DNA of 64,000 nucleotides. It comes from Eledone cirrhosa. Its lineage: Eukaryota. Where the stretch lies: the NCBI GenBank assembly GCA_964016885.1, contig OZ024740.1, forward strand, positions 436,604,001-436,668,000. Reading direction: 5' to 3'. Below the pieces are notes generated by a model. The model saw nothing but the letters and a program-made list of their open reading frames with translations, ran no database searches and was not told where the DNA came from. Each line of letters begins with the position of its first letter. Within the stretch, counting starts at the first letter, position 1. Below, in pieces: positions 42,341-55,900 of the stretch. Made by a program: the position numbers and the translations under genes.

Positions 42341-42360
42341 TAGAGTGTGTCTGTTTACAG
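42341..42360. other. 1-bp deletion (T) in a unit
   Basis: Reads GAGTGTGTCTGTTTAC, whereas the paralogous position ~41235 reads GAGTGTTGTCTGTTTAC. Confidence 0.9.
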
Positions 42361-43999
42361 ATTGTTGACTGGTTAGAGAGTGTTGACTGGTTATAGATTG
42401 TTGACTGGTTATAGAGTGTTGTCTGGTTAGAGAGAGTTGTCTGGTTAGAGAGTGTTGACTGGTTATAGAGTGTTGACTGGTTATAGAGTTTTGTCTGGTT
42501 AGAGAGTGTTGACTGGTTATAGAGTGTTGACTGGTTATAGAGTGTTGTCTGGTTAGAGAGTGTTGTCTGGTTAGAGAGTGTTGACTGGTTATAGAGTGTT
42601 GACTGGTTACAGAGTGTTGTCTGGTTAGAGAGTGTTGACTGGTTAGAGAGTGTTGACTGGTTATAGAGTGTTGACTGGTTATAGAGTGTTCACTGGTTAT
42701 AGAGTGTTGTCTGGTTAGAGAGTGTTGACTGGTTATAGAGTGTTGACTGGTTATAGAGTGTTTACTGGTTATAGAGTGTTGACTGGTTATATAGTGTTGA
42801 CTGGTTATAGAGTGTTGATTGGTTATAGTGTGTTGACTGGTTATAGAGTGTTGACTGGTTAGAGAGTGTTGTCTGGTTATAGAGTGTTGTCTGGTTATAG
42901 AGTGTTGACTGGTTTTAGAGTGTTGTCTGGTTAGAGAGTGTTGTCTGGTTATAGAGTGTTGTCTGGTTATAGAGTGTTGACTGGTTATAGAATGTTGTCT
43001 GGTTATAGAGTGTTGACTGGTTAGAGAGTGTTGTCTGGTTAGAGAGTGTTGTCTGGTTAGAGAGTGTTGACTGGTTAGAGAGTGTTGTCTGGTTATAGAG
43101 TGTTGACTGGTTATAGAATGTTGTCTGGTTATAGAGTGTTGACTGGTTAGAGAGTGTTGTCTGGTTAGAGAGTGTTGTCTGGTTAGAGAGTGTTGACTGG
43201 TTAGAGAGTGTTGTCTGGTTATAGAGTGTTGACTGGTTATAGAGTGTTGTCTGGTTAGAGAGTGTTGTCTGGTTATAGAGTGTTGTCTGGTTATAGAGTG
43301 TTGTCTGGTTAGAGAGTGTTGACTGGTTAGAGAGTGTTGTCTGGTTAGAGAGTGTTGACTGGTTAGAGAGTGTTGTCTGGTTAGAGAGTGTTGACTGGTT
43401 AGAGAGTGTTGTCTGGTTAGAGAGTGTTGTCTGGTTAGAGAGTCTTGACTGGTTAGAGAGTGTTGTCTGGTTATAGAGTGTCGACTGGTTATAGAGTGTT
43501 GTCTGGTTAGAGAGTCTTGACTGGTTAGAGAGTGTTGTCTGGTTATAGAGTGTTGTCTGGTTATAGAGTGTCGTCTGGTTATAGAGTGTTGTCTGGTTAC
43601 AGAGTGTTGTCTGGTTATAGAGTGTTGACTGGTTATAGAGTGTCGTCTGGTTATAGAGTGTTGTCTGGTTACAGAGTGTTGTCTGGTTATAGAGTGTTGA
43701 CTGGTTATAGAGTGTTGTCTGGTTACAGAGTGTTGTCTGGTTATAGAGTGTTGACTGGTTATAGAGTGTTGTCTGGTTAGAGAGTGTTGTCTGGTTATAG
43801 AGTGTCGACTGGTTATAGAGTGTTGACTGGTTATAGAGTGTTGTCTGGTTATAGAGTGTTGACTGGTTATAGAGTGTTGACTGGTTATAGAGTGTTGTCT
43901 GGTTAGAGAGTGTCGACTGGTTATAGAGTGTTGACTGGTTATAGAGTGTTGTCTGGTTATAGAGTGTTGACTGGTTATAGAGTGTTGTCTGGCTAGAGA

Positions 44000-46900
44000 G
44001 TGTTGTCTGGTTATTGAGTGTCGACTGGTTATAGAGTGTTGACTGGTTATAGAGTGTTGTCTGGTTATAGAGTGTTGACTGGTTATAGAGTGTTGTCTGC
44101 TTATAGAGTGTTGACTGGTTATAGACTGTTGTCTGGTTATAGAGTGTTGATTGGTTACAGAGTGTTGTCTGGTTACAGAGTGTTGTCTGGTTATAGAGTG
44201 TTGTCTGGTTATAGAGTGTTGTCTGGTTATAGAGTGTTGACTGGTTATAGAGTGTTGTCTGGTTATAGAGTGTTGACTGGTTATAGAGTGTTGTCTGGTT
44301 ATAGAGTGTTGACTGGTTATAGAGTGTTGTCTGGTTATAGTGTGTTGTCTGGTTATAGAGTGTCGTCTGGTTATAGAGTGTTGTCTGGTTATAGAGTGTT
44401 GACTGGTTATAGAGTGTTGTCTGGTTATAGAGTGTTGTCTGGTTATAGAGTGTTGTCTGGTTATAGAGTGTCGACTGGTTATAGAGTGTTGACTGGTTAT
44501 AGAGTGTCGTCTGTTTATAGAGTGTTGTCTGGTTATAGAGTGTTGTCTGGTTATAGAGTGTTGTCTGGTTATAGAGTGTCGACTGGTTATAGAGTGTTGA
44601 CTGGTTATAGAGTGTCGTCTGTTTATAGAGTGTTGTCTGGTTATAGAGTGTTGACTGGTTATAGAGTGTTGACTGGTTATAGAGTGTTGACTGGTTATAG
44701 AGTGTTGTCTAGTTATAGAGTGTTGTCTGGTTATAGAGTGTTGACTGGTTATAGAGTGTTGTCTGGTTATAGAGTGTTGACTGGTTATAGAGTGTTGTCT
44801 GGTTATAGAGTGTTGTCTGGTTATAGAGTGTTGTCTGGTTATAGAGTGTTGTCTGGTTAGAGAGTGTTGTCTGGTTAGAGAGTGTTGACTGGTTAGAGAG
44901 TGTTGTCTGGTTAGAGAGTGTTGACTGGTTAGGGAGTGTTGTCTGGTTAGAGAGTGTTGTCTGGTTAGAGAGTGTTGACTGGTTAGAGAGTGTTAACTGG
45001 TTATAGAGTGTTGTCTGGTTATAGAGTGTTGTCTGGTTATAGAGTGTTGTCTGGTTATAGAGTGTTGTCTGGTTAGAGAGTGTTGTCTGGTTAGAGAGTG
45101 TTGACTGGTTAGAGAGTGTTGTCTGGTTAGAGAGTGTTGACTGGTTAGGGAGTGTTGTCTGGTTAGAGAGTGTTGTCGGGTTAGAGAGTGTTGACTGGTT
45201 AGAGAGTGTTAACTGGTTATAGAGTGTTGTCTGGTTATAGAGTGTTGTCTGGTTATAGAGTGTTGTCTGGTTATAGAGTGTTGTCTGGTTAGAGAGTGTT
45301 GTCTGGTTAGAGAGTGTTGACTGGTTAGAGAGTGTTGTCTGGTTAGAGAGTGTTGACTGGTTAGGGAGTGTTGTCTGGTTAGAGAGTGTTGTCTGGTTAG
45401 AGAGTGTTGACTGGTTAGAGAGTGTTAACTGGTTATAGAGTGTTGTCTGGTTATAGAGTGTTGACTGGTTATAGAGTGTTGTCTGGTTATAGAGTGTTGT
45501 CTGGTTATAGAGTGTCGACTGGTTATAGAGTGTTGACTGGTTATAGAGTGTTGTCTGGTTATAAAGTGTTGACTGGTTATAGAGTGTTGTCTGGTTATAG
45601 AGTGTTGACTGGTTATAGAGTGTTGTCTGGTTAGAGAGTGTCGACTGGTTATAGAGTGTTGACTGGTTAGTGAGTGTTGTCTGGTTATAGAGTATTGTCT
45701 GGTTATAGAGTGTTGTCTGGTTATAGAGTGTTGTCTGGTTAGAGAGTGTCGACTGGTTATAGAGTGTTGACTGGTTATAGAGTGTTGTCTGTTTATATAG
45801 TGTTGACTGGTTATAGAGTGTTGTCTGGTTATAGAGTGTTGACTGGTTATAGAGTGTTGTCTAGTTATAGAGTGTTGACTGGTTATAGAGTGTTGACTGG
45901 TTATAGAGTGTTGTCTGGTTATAGAGTGTTGTCTGGTTATAGAGTGTTGTCTGGCTATAGAGTGTTGTCTGGTTATAGAGTGTCGACTGGTTATAGAGTG
46001 TTGACTGGTTATAGAGTGTTGTCTGGTTATAGAGTGTTGACTGGTTATAGAGTGTTGTCTGCTTATAGAGTGTTGACTGGTTATAGACTGTTGTCTGGTT
46101 ATAGAGTGTTGTCTGGTTATAGAGTGTTGTCTGGTTAGAGAGTGTTGTCTGGTTATAGAGTGTTGTCTGGTTATAGAGTGTTGATTGGTTACAGAGTGTT
46201 GTCTGGTTACAGATTGTTGTCTGGTTATAGAGTGTTGTCTGGTTATAGAGTGTTGTCTGGTTATAGAGTGTTGACTGGTTATAGAGTGTTGTCTGGTTAT
46301 AGAGTGTTGACTGGTTATAGAGTGTTGTCTGGTTATAGAGTGTTGACTGGTTATAGAGTGTTGTCTGGTTATAGTGTGTTGTCTGGTTATAGAGTGTCGT
46401 CTGGTTATAGAGTTTTGTCTGGTTATAGAGTGTTGACTGGTTATAGAGTGTTGTCTGGTTATAGAGTGTTGTCTGGTTATAGAGTATCGACTGGTTATAG
46501 AGTGTTGACTGGTTATAGAGTGTCGTCTGTTTATAGAGTGTTGTCTGGTTATAGAGTGTTGTCTGGTTATAGAGTGTTGTCTGGTTATAGAGTGTTGTCT
46601 GGTTATAGAGTGTCGACTGGTTATAGAGTGTTGACTGGTTATAGAGTGTCGTCTGTTTATAGAGTGTTGTCTGGTTATAGAGTGTTGACTGGTTATAGAG
46701 TGTTGACTGGTTATAGAGTGTTGACTAGTTATAGAGTGTTGTCTGGTTATAGAGTGTTGTCTGGTTATAGAGTGTTGACTGGTTATAGAGTGTTGTCTGG
46801 TTATAGAGTGTTGACTGGTTATAGAGTGTTGTCTGGTTATAGAGTGTTGTCTGGTTATAGAGTGTTGTCTGGTTATAGAGTGTTGTCTGGTTAGAGAGTG

Positions 46901-49900
46901 TTGTCTGGTTAGAGAGTGTTGACTGGTTAGAGAGTGTTGTCTGGTTAGAGAGTGTTGACTGGTTAGGGAGTGTTGTCTGGTTAGAGAGTGTTGTCTGGTT
47001 AGAGAGTGTTGACTGGTTAGAGAGTGTTAACTGGTTATAGAGTGTTGTCTGGTTATAGTGTGTTGTCTGGTTATAGAGTGTTGTCTGGTTATAGAGTGTT
47101 GTCTGGTTAGAGAGTGTTGTCTGGTTAGAGAGTGTTGACTGGTTAGAGAGTGTTGTCTGGTTAGAGAGTGTTGACTGGTTAGGGAGTGTTGTCTGGTTAG
47201 AGAGTGTTGTCGGGTTAGAGAGTGTTGACTGGTTAGAGAGTGTTAACTGGTTATAGAGTGTTGTCTGGTTAGAGAGTGTTGTCTGGTTAGAGAGTGTTGA
47301 CTGGTTAGAGAGTGTTAACTGGTTATAGAGTGTTGTCTGGTTATAGAGTGTTGTCTGGTTATAGAGTGTTGTCTGGTTATAGAGTGTTGTCTGGTTAGAG
47401 AGTGTTGTCTGGTTAGAGAGTGTTGACTGGTTAGAGAGTGTTGTCTGGTTAGAGAGTGTTGACTGGTTAGGGAGTGTTGTCTGGTTAGAGAGTGTTGTCG
47501 GGTTAGAGAGTGTTGACTGGTTAGAGAGTGTTAACTGGTTATAGAGTGTTGTCTGGTTATAGAGTGTTGTCTGGTTATAGAGTGTTGTCTGGTTATAGAG
47601 TGTTGTCTGGTTAGAGAGTGTTGTCTGGTTAGAGAGTGTTGACTGGTTAGAGAGTGTTGTCTGGTTAGAGAGTGTTGACTGGTTAGGGAGTGTTGTCTGG
47701 TTAGAGAGTGTTGTCTGGTTAGAGAGTGTTGACTGGTTAGAGAGTGTTAACTGGTTATAGAGTGTTGTCTGGTTATAGAGTGTTGACTGGTTATAGAGTG
47801 TTGTCTGGTTATAGAGTGTTGTCTGGTTATAGAGTGTCGACTGGTTATAGAGTGTTGACTGGTTATAGAGTGTTGTCTGGTTATAAAGTGTTGACTGGTT
47901 ATAGAGTGTTGTCTGGTTATAGAGTGTTGACTGGTTATAGAGTGTTGTCTGGTTAGAGAGTGTCGACTGGTTATAGAGTGTTGACTGGTTAGTGAGTGTT
48001 GTCTGGTTATAGAGTATTGTCTGGTTATAGAGTGTTGTCTGGTTATAGAGTGTTGTCTGGTTAGAGAGTGTCGACTGGTTATAGAGTGTTGACTGGTTAT
48101 AGAGTGTTGTCTGGTTATAGAGTGTTGACTGGTTATAGAGTGTTGTCTGGTTATAGAGTGTTGACTGGTTATAGAGTGTTGTCTAGTTATAGAGTGTTGA
48201 CTGGTTATAGAGTGTTGACTGGTTATAGAGTGTTGTCTGGTTATAGAGTGTTGTCTGGTTATAGAGTGTTGTCTGGTTATAGAGTGTTGTCTGGTTATAG
48301 AGTGTTGTCTGGTTATAGAGTGTTGTCTGGCTATAGAGTGTTGTCTGGTTATAGAGTGTCGACTGGTTATAGAGTGTTGACTGGTTATAGAGTGTTGTCT
48401 GGTTATAGAGTGTTGACTGGTTATAGAGTGTTGTCTGCTTATAGAGTGTTGACTGGTTATAGACTGTTGTCTGGTTATAGAGTGTTGTCTGGTTATAGAG
48501 TGTTGTCTGGTTAGAGAGTGTTGTCTGGTTATAGAGTGTTGTCTGGTTATAGAGTGTTGATTGGTTACAGAGTGTTGTCTGGTTACAGAGTGTTGTCTGG
48601 TTATAGAGTGTTGTCTGGTTATAGAGTGTTGTCTGGTTATAGAGTGTTGACTGGTTATAGAGTGTTGTCTGGTTATAGAGTGTTGACTGGTTATAGAGTG
48701 TTGTCTGGTTATAGAGTGTTGACTGGTTATAGAGTGTTGTCTGGTTATAGTGTGTTGTCTGGTTATAGAGTGTCGTCTGGTTATAGAGTGTTGTCTGGTT
48801 ATAGAGTGTTGACTGGTTATAGAGTGTTGTCTGGTTATAGAGTGTTGTCTGGTTATAGAGTATCGACTGGTTATAGAGTGTTGACTGGTTATAGAGTGTC
48901 GTCTGTTTATAGAGTGTTGTCTGGTTATAGAGTGTTGTCTGGTTATAGAGTGTTGTCTGGTTATAGAGTGTTGTCTGGTTATAGAGTGTCGACTGGTTAT
49001 AGAGTGTTGACTGGTTATAGAGTGTCGTCTGTTTATAGAGTGTTGTCTGGTTATAGAGTGTTGACTGGTTATAGAGTGTTGACTGGTTATAGAGTGTTGA
49101 CTGGTTATAGAGTGTTGTCTGGTTATAGAGTGTTGTCTGGTTATAGAGTGTTGACTGGTTATAGAGTGTTGTCTGGTTATAGAGTGTTGTCTGGTTATAG
49201 AGTGTTGACTGGTTATAGAGTGTTGTCTGGTTATAGAGTGTTGACTGGTTATAGAGTGTTGTCTGGTTATAGTGTGTTGTCTGGTTATAGAGTGTCGTCT
49301 GGTTATAGAGTGTTGTCTGGTTATAGAGTGTTGACTGGTTATAGAGTGTTGTCTGGTTATAGAGTGTTGTCTGGTTATAGAGTGTCGACTGGTTATAGAG
49401 TGTTGACTGGTTATAGAGTGTCGTCTGTTTATAGAGTGTTGTCTGGTTATAGAGTGTTGTCTGGTTATAGAGTGTTGTCTGGTTATAGAGTGTCGACTGG
49501 TTATAGAGTGTTGACTGGTTATAGAGTGTCGTCTGTTTATAGAGTGTTGTCTGGTTATAGAGTGTTGACTGGTTATAGAGTGTTGACTGGTTATAGAGTG
49601 TTGACTGGTTATAGAGTGTTGTCTGGTTATAGAGTGTTGTCTGGTTATAGAGTGTTGACTGGTTATAGAGTGTTGTCTGGTTATAGAGTGTTGACTGGTT
49701 ATAGAGTGTTGTCTGGTTATAGAGTGTTGTCTGGTTATAGAGTGTTGTCTGGTTATAGAGTGTTGTCTGGTTAGAGAGTGTTGTCTGGTTAGAGAGTGTT
49801 GACTGGTTAGAGAGTGTTGTCTGGTTAGAGAGTGTTGACTGGTTAGGGAGTGTTGTCTGGTTAGAGAGTGTTGTCTGGTTAGAGAGTGTTGACTGGTTAG

Positions 49901-52900
49901 AGAGTGTTAACTGGTTATAGAGTGTTGTCTGGTTATAGAGTGTTGTCTGGTTATAGAGTGTTGTCTGGTTATAGAGTGTTGTCTGGTTAGAGAGTGTTGT
50001 CTGGTTAGAGAGTGTTGACTGGTTAGAGAGTGTTGTCTGGTTAGAGAGTGTTGACTGGTTAGGGAGTGTTGTCTGGTTAGAGAGTGTTGTCGGGTTAGAG
50101 AGTGTTGACTGGTTAGAGAGTGTTAACTGGTTATAGAGTGTTGTCTGGTTATAGAGTGTTGTCTGGTTATAGAGTGTTGTCTGGTTATAGAGTGTTGTCT
50201 GGTTAGAGAGTGTTGTCTGGTTAGAGAGTGTTGACTGGTTAGAGAGTGTTGTCTGGTTAGAGAGTGTTGTCTGGTTAGAGAGTGTTGACTGGTTAGAGAG
50301 TGTTAACTGGTTATAGAGTGTTGTCTGGTTATAGAGTGTTGACTGGTTATAGAGTGTTGTCTGGTTATAGAGTGTTGTCTGGTTATAGAGTGTCGACTGG
50401 TTATAGAGTGTTGACTGGTTATAGAGTGTTGTCTGGTTATAAAGTGTTGACTGGTTATAGAGTGTTGTCTGGTTATAGAGTGTTGACTGGTTATAGAGTG
50501 TTGTCTGGTTAGAGAGTGTCGACTGGTTATAGAGTGTTGACTGGTTAGTGAGTGTTGTCTGGTTATAGAGTATTGTCTGGTTATAGAGTGTTGTCTGGTT
50601 ATAGAGTGTTGTCTGGTTAGAGAGTGTCGACTGGTTATAGAGTGTTGACTGGTTATAGAGTGTTGTCTGGTTATAGAGTGTTGACTGGTTATAGAGTGTT
50701 GTCTGGTTATAGAGTGTTGACTGGTTATAGAGTGTTGTCTAGTTATAGAGTGTTGACTGGTTATAGAGTGTTGACTGGTTATAGAGTGTTGTCTGGTTAT
50801 AGAGTGTTGTCTGGTTATAGAGTGTTGTCTGGTTATAGAGTGTTGTCTGGTTATAGAGTGTTGTCTGGTTATAGAGTGTTGTCTGGCTATAGAGTGTTGT
50901 CTGGTTATAGAGTGTCGACTGGTTATAGAGTGTTGACTGGTTATAGAGTGTTGTCTGGTTATAGAGTGTTGACTGGTTATAGAGTGTTGTCTGCTTATAG
51001 AGTGTTGACTGGTTATAGACTGTTGTCTGGTTATAGAGTGTTGTCTGGTTATAGAGTGTTGTCTGGTTAGAGAGTGTTGTCTGGTTATAGAGTGTTGTCT
51101 GGTTATAGAGTGTTGATTGGTTACAGAGTGTTGTCTGGTTACAGAGTGTTGTCTGGTTATAGAGTGTTGTCTGGTTATAGAGTGTTGTCTGGTTATAGAG
51201 TGTTGACTGGTTATAGAGTGTTGTCTGGTTATAGACTGTTGACTGGTTATAGAGTGTTGTCTGGTTATAGAGTGTTGACTGGTTATAGAGTGTTGTCTGG
51301 TTATAGTGTGTTGTCTGGTTATAGAGTGTCGTCTGGTTATAGAGTGTTGTCTGGTTATAGAGTGTTGACTGGTTATAGAGTGTTGTCTGGTTATAGAGTG
51401 TTGTCTGGTTATAGAGTATCGACTGGTTATAGAGTGTTGACTGGTTATAGAGTGTCGTCTGTTTATAGAGTGTTGTCTGGTTATAGAGTGTTGTCTGGTT
51501 ATAGAGTGTTGACTGGTTATAGAGTGTTGTCTGGTTATAGAGTGTTGACTGGTTATAGAGTGTTGTCTGGTTATAGTGTGTTGTCTGGTTATAGAGTGTC
51601 GTCTGGTTATAGAGTGTTGTCTGGTTATAGAGTGTTGACTGGTTATAGAGTGTTGTCTGGTTATAGAGTGTTGTCTGGTTATAGAGTGTCGACTGGTTAT
51701 AGAGTGTTGACTGGTTATAGAGTGTCGTCTGTTTATAGAGTGTTGTCTGGTTATAGAGTGTTGTCTGGTTATAGAGTGTTGTCTGGTTATAGAGTGTCGA
51801 CTGGTTATAGAGTGTTGACTGGTTATAGAGTGTCGTCTGTTTATAGAGTGTTGTCTGGTTATAGAGTGTTGACTGGTTATAGAGTGTTGACTGGTTATAG
51901 AGTGTTGACTGGTTATAGAGTGTTGTCTGGTTATAGAGTGTTGTCTGGTTATAGAGTGTTGACTGGTTATAGAGTGTTGTCTGGTTATAGAGTGTTGACT
52001 GGTTATAGAGTGTTGTCTGGTTATAGAGTGTTGTCTGGTTATAGAGTGTTGTCTGGTTATAGAGTGTTGTCTGGTTAGAGAGTGTTGTCTGGTTAGAGAG
52101 TGTTGACTGGTTAGAGAGTGTTGTCTGGTTAGAGAGTGTTGACTGGTTAGGGAGTGTTGTCTGGTTAGAGAGTGTTGTCTGGTTAGAGAGTGTTGACTGG
52201 TTAGAGAGTGTTAACTGGTTATAGAGTGTTGTCTGGTTATAGAGTGTTGTCTGGTTATAGAGTGTTGTCTGGTTATAGAGTGTTGTCTGGTTAGAGAGTG
52301 TTGTCTGGTTAGAGAGTGTTGACTGGTTAGAGAGTGTTGTCTGGTTAGAGAGTGTTGACTGGTTAGGGAGTGTTGTCTGGTTAGAGAGTGTTGTCGGGTT
52401 AGAGAGTGTTGACTGGTTAGAGAGTGTTAACTGGTTATAGAGTGTTGTCTGGTTATAGAGTGTTGTCTGGTTATAGAGTGTTGTCTGGTTATAGAGTGTT
52501 GTCTGGTTAGAGAGTGTTGTCTGGTTAGAGAGTGTTGACTGGTTAGAGAGTGTTGTCTGGTTAGAGAGTGTTGTCTGGTTAGAGAGTGTTGACTGGTTAG
52601 AGAGTGTTAACTGGTTATAGAGTGTTGTCTGGTTATAGAGTGTTGACTGGTTATAGAGTGTTGTCTGGTTATAGAGTGTTGTCTGGTTATAGAGTGTCGA
52701 CTGGTTATAGAGTGTTGACTGGTTATAGAGTGTTGTCTGGTTATAAAGTGTTGACTGGTTATAGAGTGTTGTCTGGTTATAGAGTGTTGACTGGTTATAG
52801 AGTGTTGTCTGGTTAGAGAGTGTCGACTGGTTATAGAGTGTTGACTGGTTAGTGAGTGTTGTCTGGTTATAGAGTATTGTCTGGTTATAGAGTGTTGTCT

Positions 52901-55900
52901 GGTTATAGAGTGTTGTCTGGTTAGAGAGTGTCGACTGGTTATAGAGTGTTGACTGGTTATAGAGTGTTGTCTGGTTATAGAGTGTTGACTGGTTATAGAG
53001 TGTTGTCTGGTTATAGAGTGTTGACTGGTTATAGAGTGTTGTCTAGTTATAGAGTGTTGACTGGTTATAGAGTGTTGACTGGTTATAGAGTGTTGTCTGG
53101 TTATAGAGTGTTGTCTGGTTATAGAGTGTTGTCTGGTTATAGAGTGTTGTCTGGTTATAGAGTGTTGTCTGGTTATAGAGTGTTGTCTGGCTATAGAGTG
53201 TTGTCTGGTTATAGAGTGTCGACTGGTTATAGAGTGTTGACTGGTTATAGAGTGTTGTCTGGTTATAGAGTGTTGACTGGTTATAGAGTGTTGTCTGCTT
53301 ATAGAGTGTTGACTGGTTATAGACTGTTGTCTGGTTATAGAGTGTTGTCTGGTTATAGAGTGTTGTCTGGTTAGAGAGTGTTGTCTGGTTATAGAGTGTT
53401 GTCTGGTTATAGAGTGTTGATTGGTTACAGAGTGTTGTCTGGTTACAGAGTGTTGTCTGGTTATAGAGTGTTGTCTGGTTATAGAGTGTTGTCTGGTTAT
53501 AGAGTGTTGACTGGTTATAGAGTGTTGTCTGGTTATAGACTGTTGACTGGTTATAGAGTGTTGTCTGGTTATAGAGTGTTGACTGGTTATAGAGTGTTGT
53601 CTGGTTATAGTGTGTTGTCTGGTTATAGAGTGTCGTCTGGTTATAGAGTGTTGTCTGGTTATAGAGTGTTGACTGGTTATAGAGTGTTGTCTGGTTATAG
53701 AGTGTTGTCTGGTTATAGAGTATCGACTGGTTATAGAGTGTTGACTGGTTATAGAGTGTCGTCTGTTTATAGAGTGTTGTCTGGTTATAGAGTGTTGTCT
53801 GGTTATAGAGTGTTGTCTGGTTATAGAGTGTTGTCTGGTTATAGAGTGTCGACTGGTTATAGAGTGTTGACTGGTTATAGAGTGTCGTCTGTTTATAGAG
53901 TGTTGTCTGGTTATAGAGTGTTGACTGGTTATAGAGTGTTGACTGGTTATAGAGTGTTGTCTGGTTATAGAGTGTTGACTGGTTATAGAGTGTTGTCTGG
54001 TTAGAGAGTGTTGACTGGTTAGGGAGTGTTGTCTGGTTAGAGAGTGTTGTCTGGTTAGAGAGTGTTGACTGGTTAGAGAGTGTTAACTGGTTATAGAGTG
54101 TTGTCTGGTTATAGAGTGTTGTCTGGTTATAGAGTGTTGTCTGGTTATAGAGTGTTGTCTGGTTAGAGAGTGTTGTCTGGTTAGAGAGTGTTGACTGGTT
54201 AGAGAGTGTTGTCTGGTTAGAGAGTGTTGACTGGTTAGGGAGTGTTGTCTGGTTAGAGAGTGTTGTCTGGTTAGAGAGTGTTGACTGGTTAGAGAGTGTT
54301 AACTGGTTATAGAGTGTTGTCTGGTTATAGAGTGTTGACTGGTTATAGAGTGTTGTCTGGTTATAGAGTGTTGTCTGGTTATAGAGTGTCGACTGGTTAT
54401 AGAGTGTTGACTGGTTATAGAGTGTTGTCTGGTTATAAAGTGTTGACTGGTTATAGAGTGTTGTCTGGTTATAGAGTGTTGACTGGTTATAGAGTGTTGT
54501 CTGGTTAGAGAGTGTCGACTGGTTATAGAGTGTTGACTGGTTAGTGAGTGTTGTCTGGTTATAGAGTATTGTCTGGTTATAGAGTGTTGTCTGGTTATAG
54601 AGTGTTGTCTGGTTAGAGAGTGTCGACTGGTTATAGAGTGTTGACTGGTTATAGAGTGTTGTCTGGTTATAGAGTGTTGACTGGTTATAGAGTGTTGTCT
54701 GGTTATAGAGTGTTGACTGGTTATAGAGTGTTGTCTAGTTATAGAGTGTTGACTGGTTATAGAGTGTTGACTGGTTATAGAGTGTTGTCTGGTTATAGAG
54801 TGTTGTCTGGTTATAGAGTGTTGTCTGGTTATAGAGTGTTGTCTGGTTATAGAGTGTTGTCTGGTTATAGAGTGTTGTCTGGCTATAGAGTGTTGTCTGG
54901 TTATAGAGTGTCGACTGGTTATAGAGTGTTGACTGGTTATAGAGTGTTGTCTGGTTATAGAGTGTTGACTGGTTATAGAGTGTTGTCTGCTTATAGAGTG
55001 TTGACTGGTTATAGACTGTTGTCTGGTTATAGAGTGTTGTCTGGTTATAGAGTGTTGTCTGGTTAGAGAGTGTTGTCTGGTTATAGAGTGTTGTCTGGTT
55101 ATAGAGTGTTGATTGGTTACAGAGTGTTGTCTGGTTACAGAGTGTTGTCTGGTTATAGAGTGTTGTCTGGTTATAGAGTGTTGTCTGGTTATAGAGTGTT
55201 GACTGGTTATAGAGTGTTGTCTGGTTATAGAGTGTTGACTGGTTATAGAGTGTTGTCTGGTTATAGAGTGTTGACTGGTTATAGAGTGTTGTCTGGTTAT
55301 AGTGTGTTGTCTGGTTATAGAGTGTCGTCTGGTTATAGAGTGTTGTCTGGTTATAGAGTGTTGACTGGTTATAGAGTGTTGTCTGGTTATAGAGTGTTGT
55401 CTGGTTATAGAGTATCGACTGGTTATAGAGTGTTGACTGGTTATAGAGTGTCGTCTGTTTATAGAGTGTTGTCTGGTTATAGAGTGTTGTCTGGTTATAG
55501 AGTGTTGTCTGGTTATAGAGTGTTGTCTGGTTATAGAGTGTCGACTGGTTATAGAGTGTTGACTGGTTATAGAGTGTCGTCTGTTTATAGAGTGTTGTCT
55601 GGTTATAGAGTGTTGACTGGTTATAGAGTGTTGACTGGTTATAGAGTGTTGACTGGTTATAGAGTGTTGTCTGGTTATAGAGTGTTGTCTGGTTATAGAG
55701 TGTTGACTGGTTATAGAGTGTTGTCTGGTTATAGAGTGTTGACTGGTTATAGAGTGTTGTCTGGTTATAGAGTGTTGTCTGGTTATAGAGTGTTGTCTGG
55801 TTATAGAGTGTTGTCTGGTTAGAGAGTGTTGTCTGGTTAGAGAGTGTTGACTGGTTAGAGAGTGTTGTCTGGTTAGAGAGTGTTGACTGGTTAGGGAGTG

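Larger units (their letters stand above)
40620..42870. repeat. Tandem duplication with a ~1116-bp (62-unit) period
   Basis: GTTTATTGG marker 40785/41900 (1115 = 62x18 - 1, spanning a 1-bp deletion). CTGTTTACAGATT, GAGTTTT and GTTCAC markers also repeat. Confidence 0.82.
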
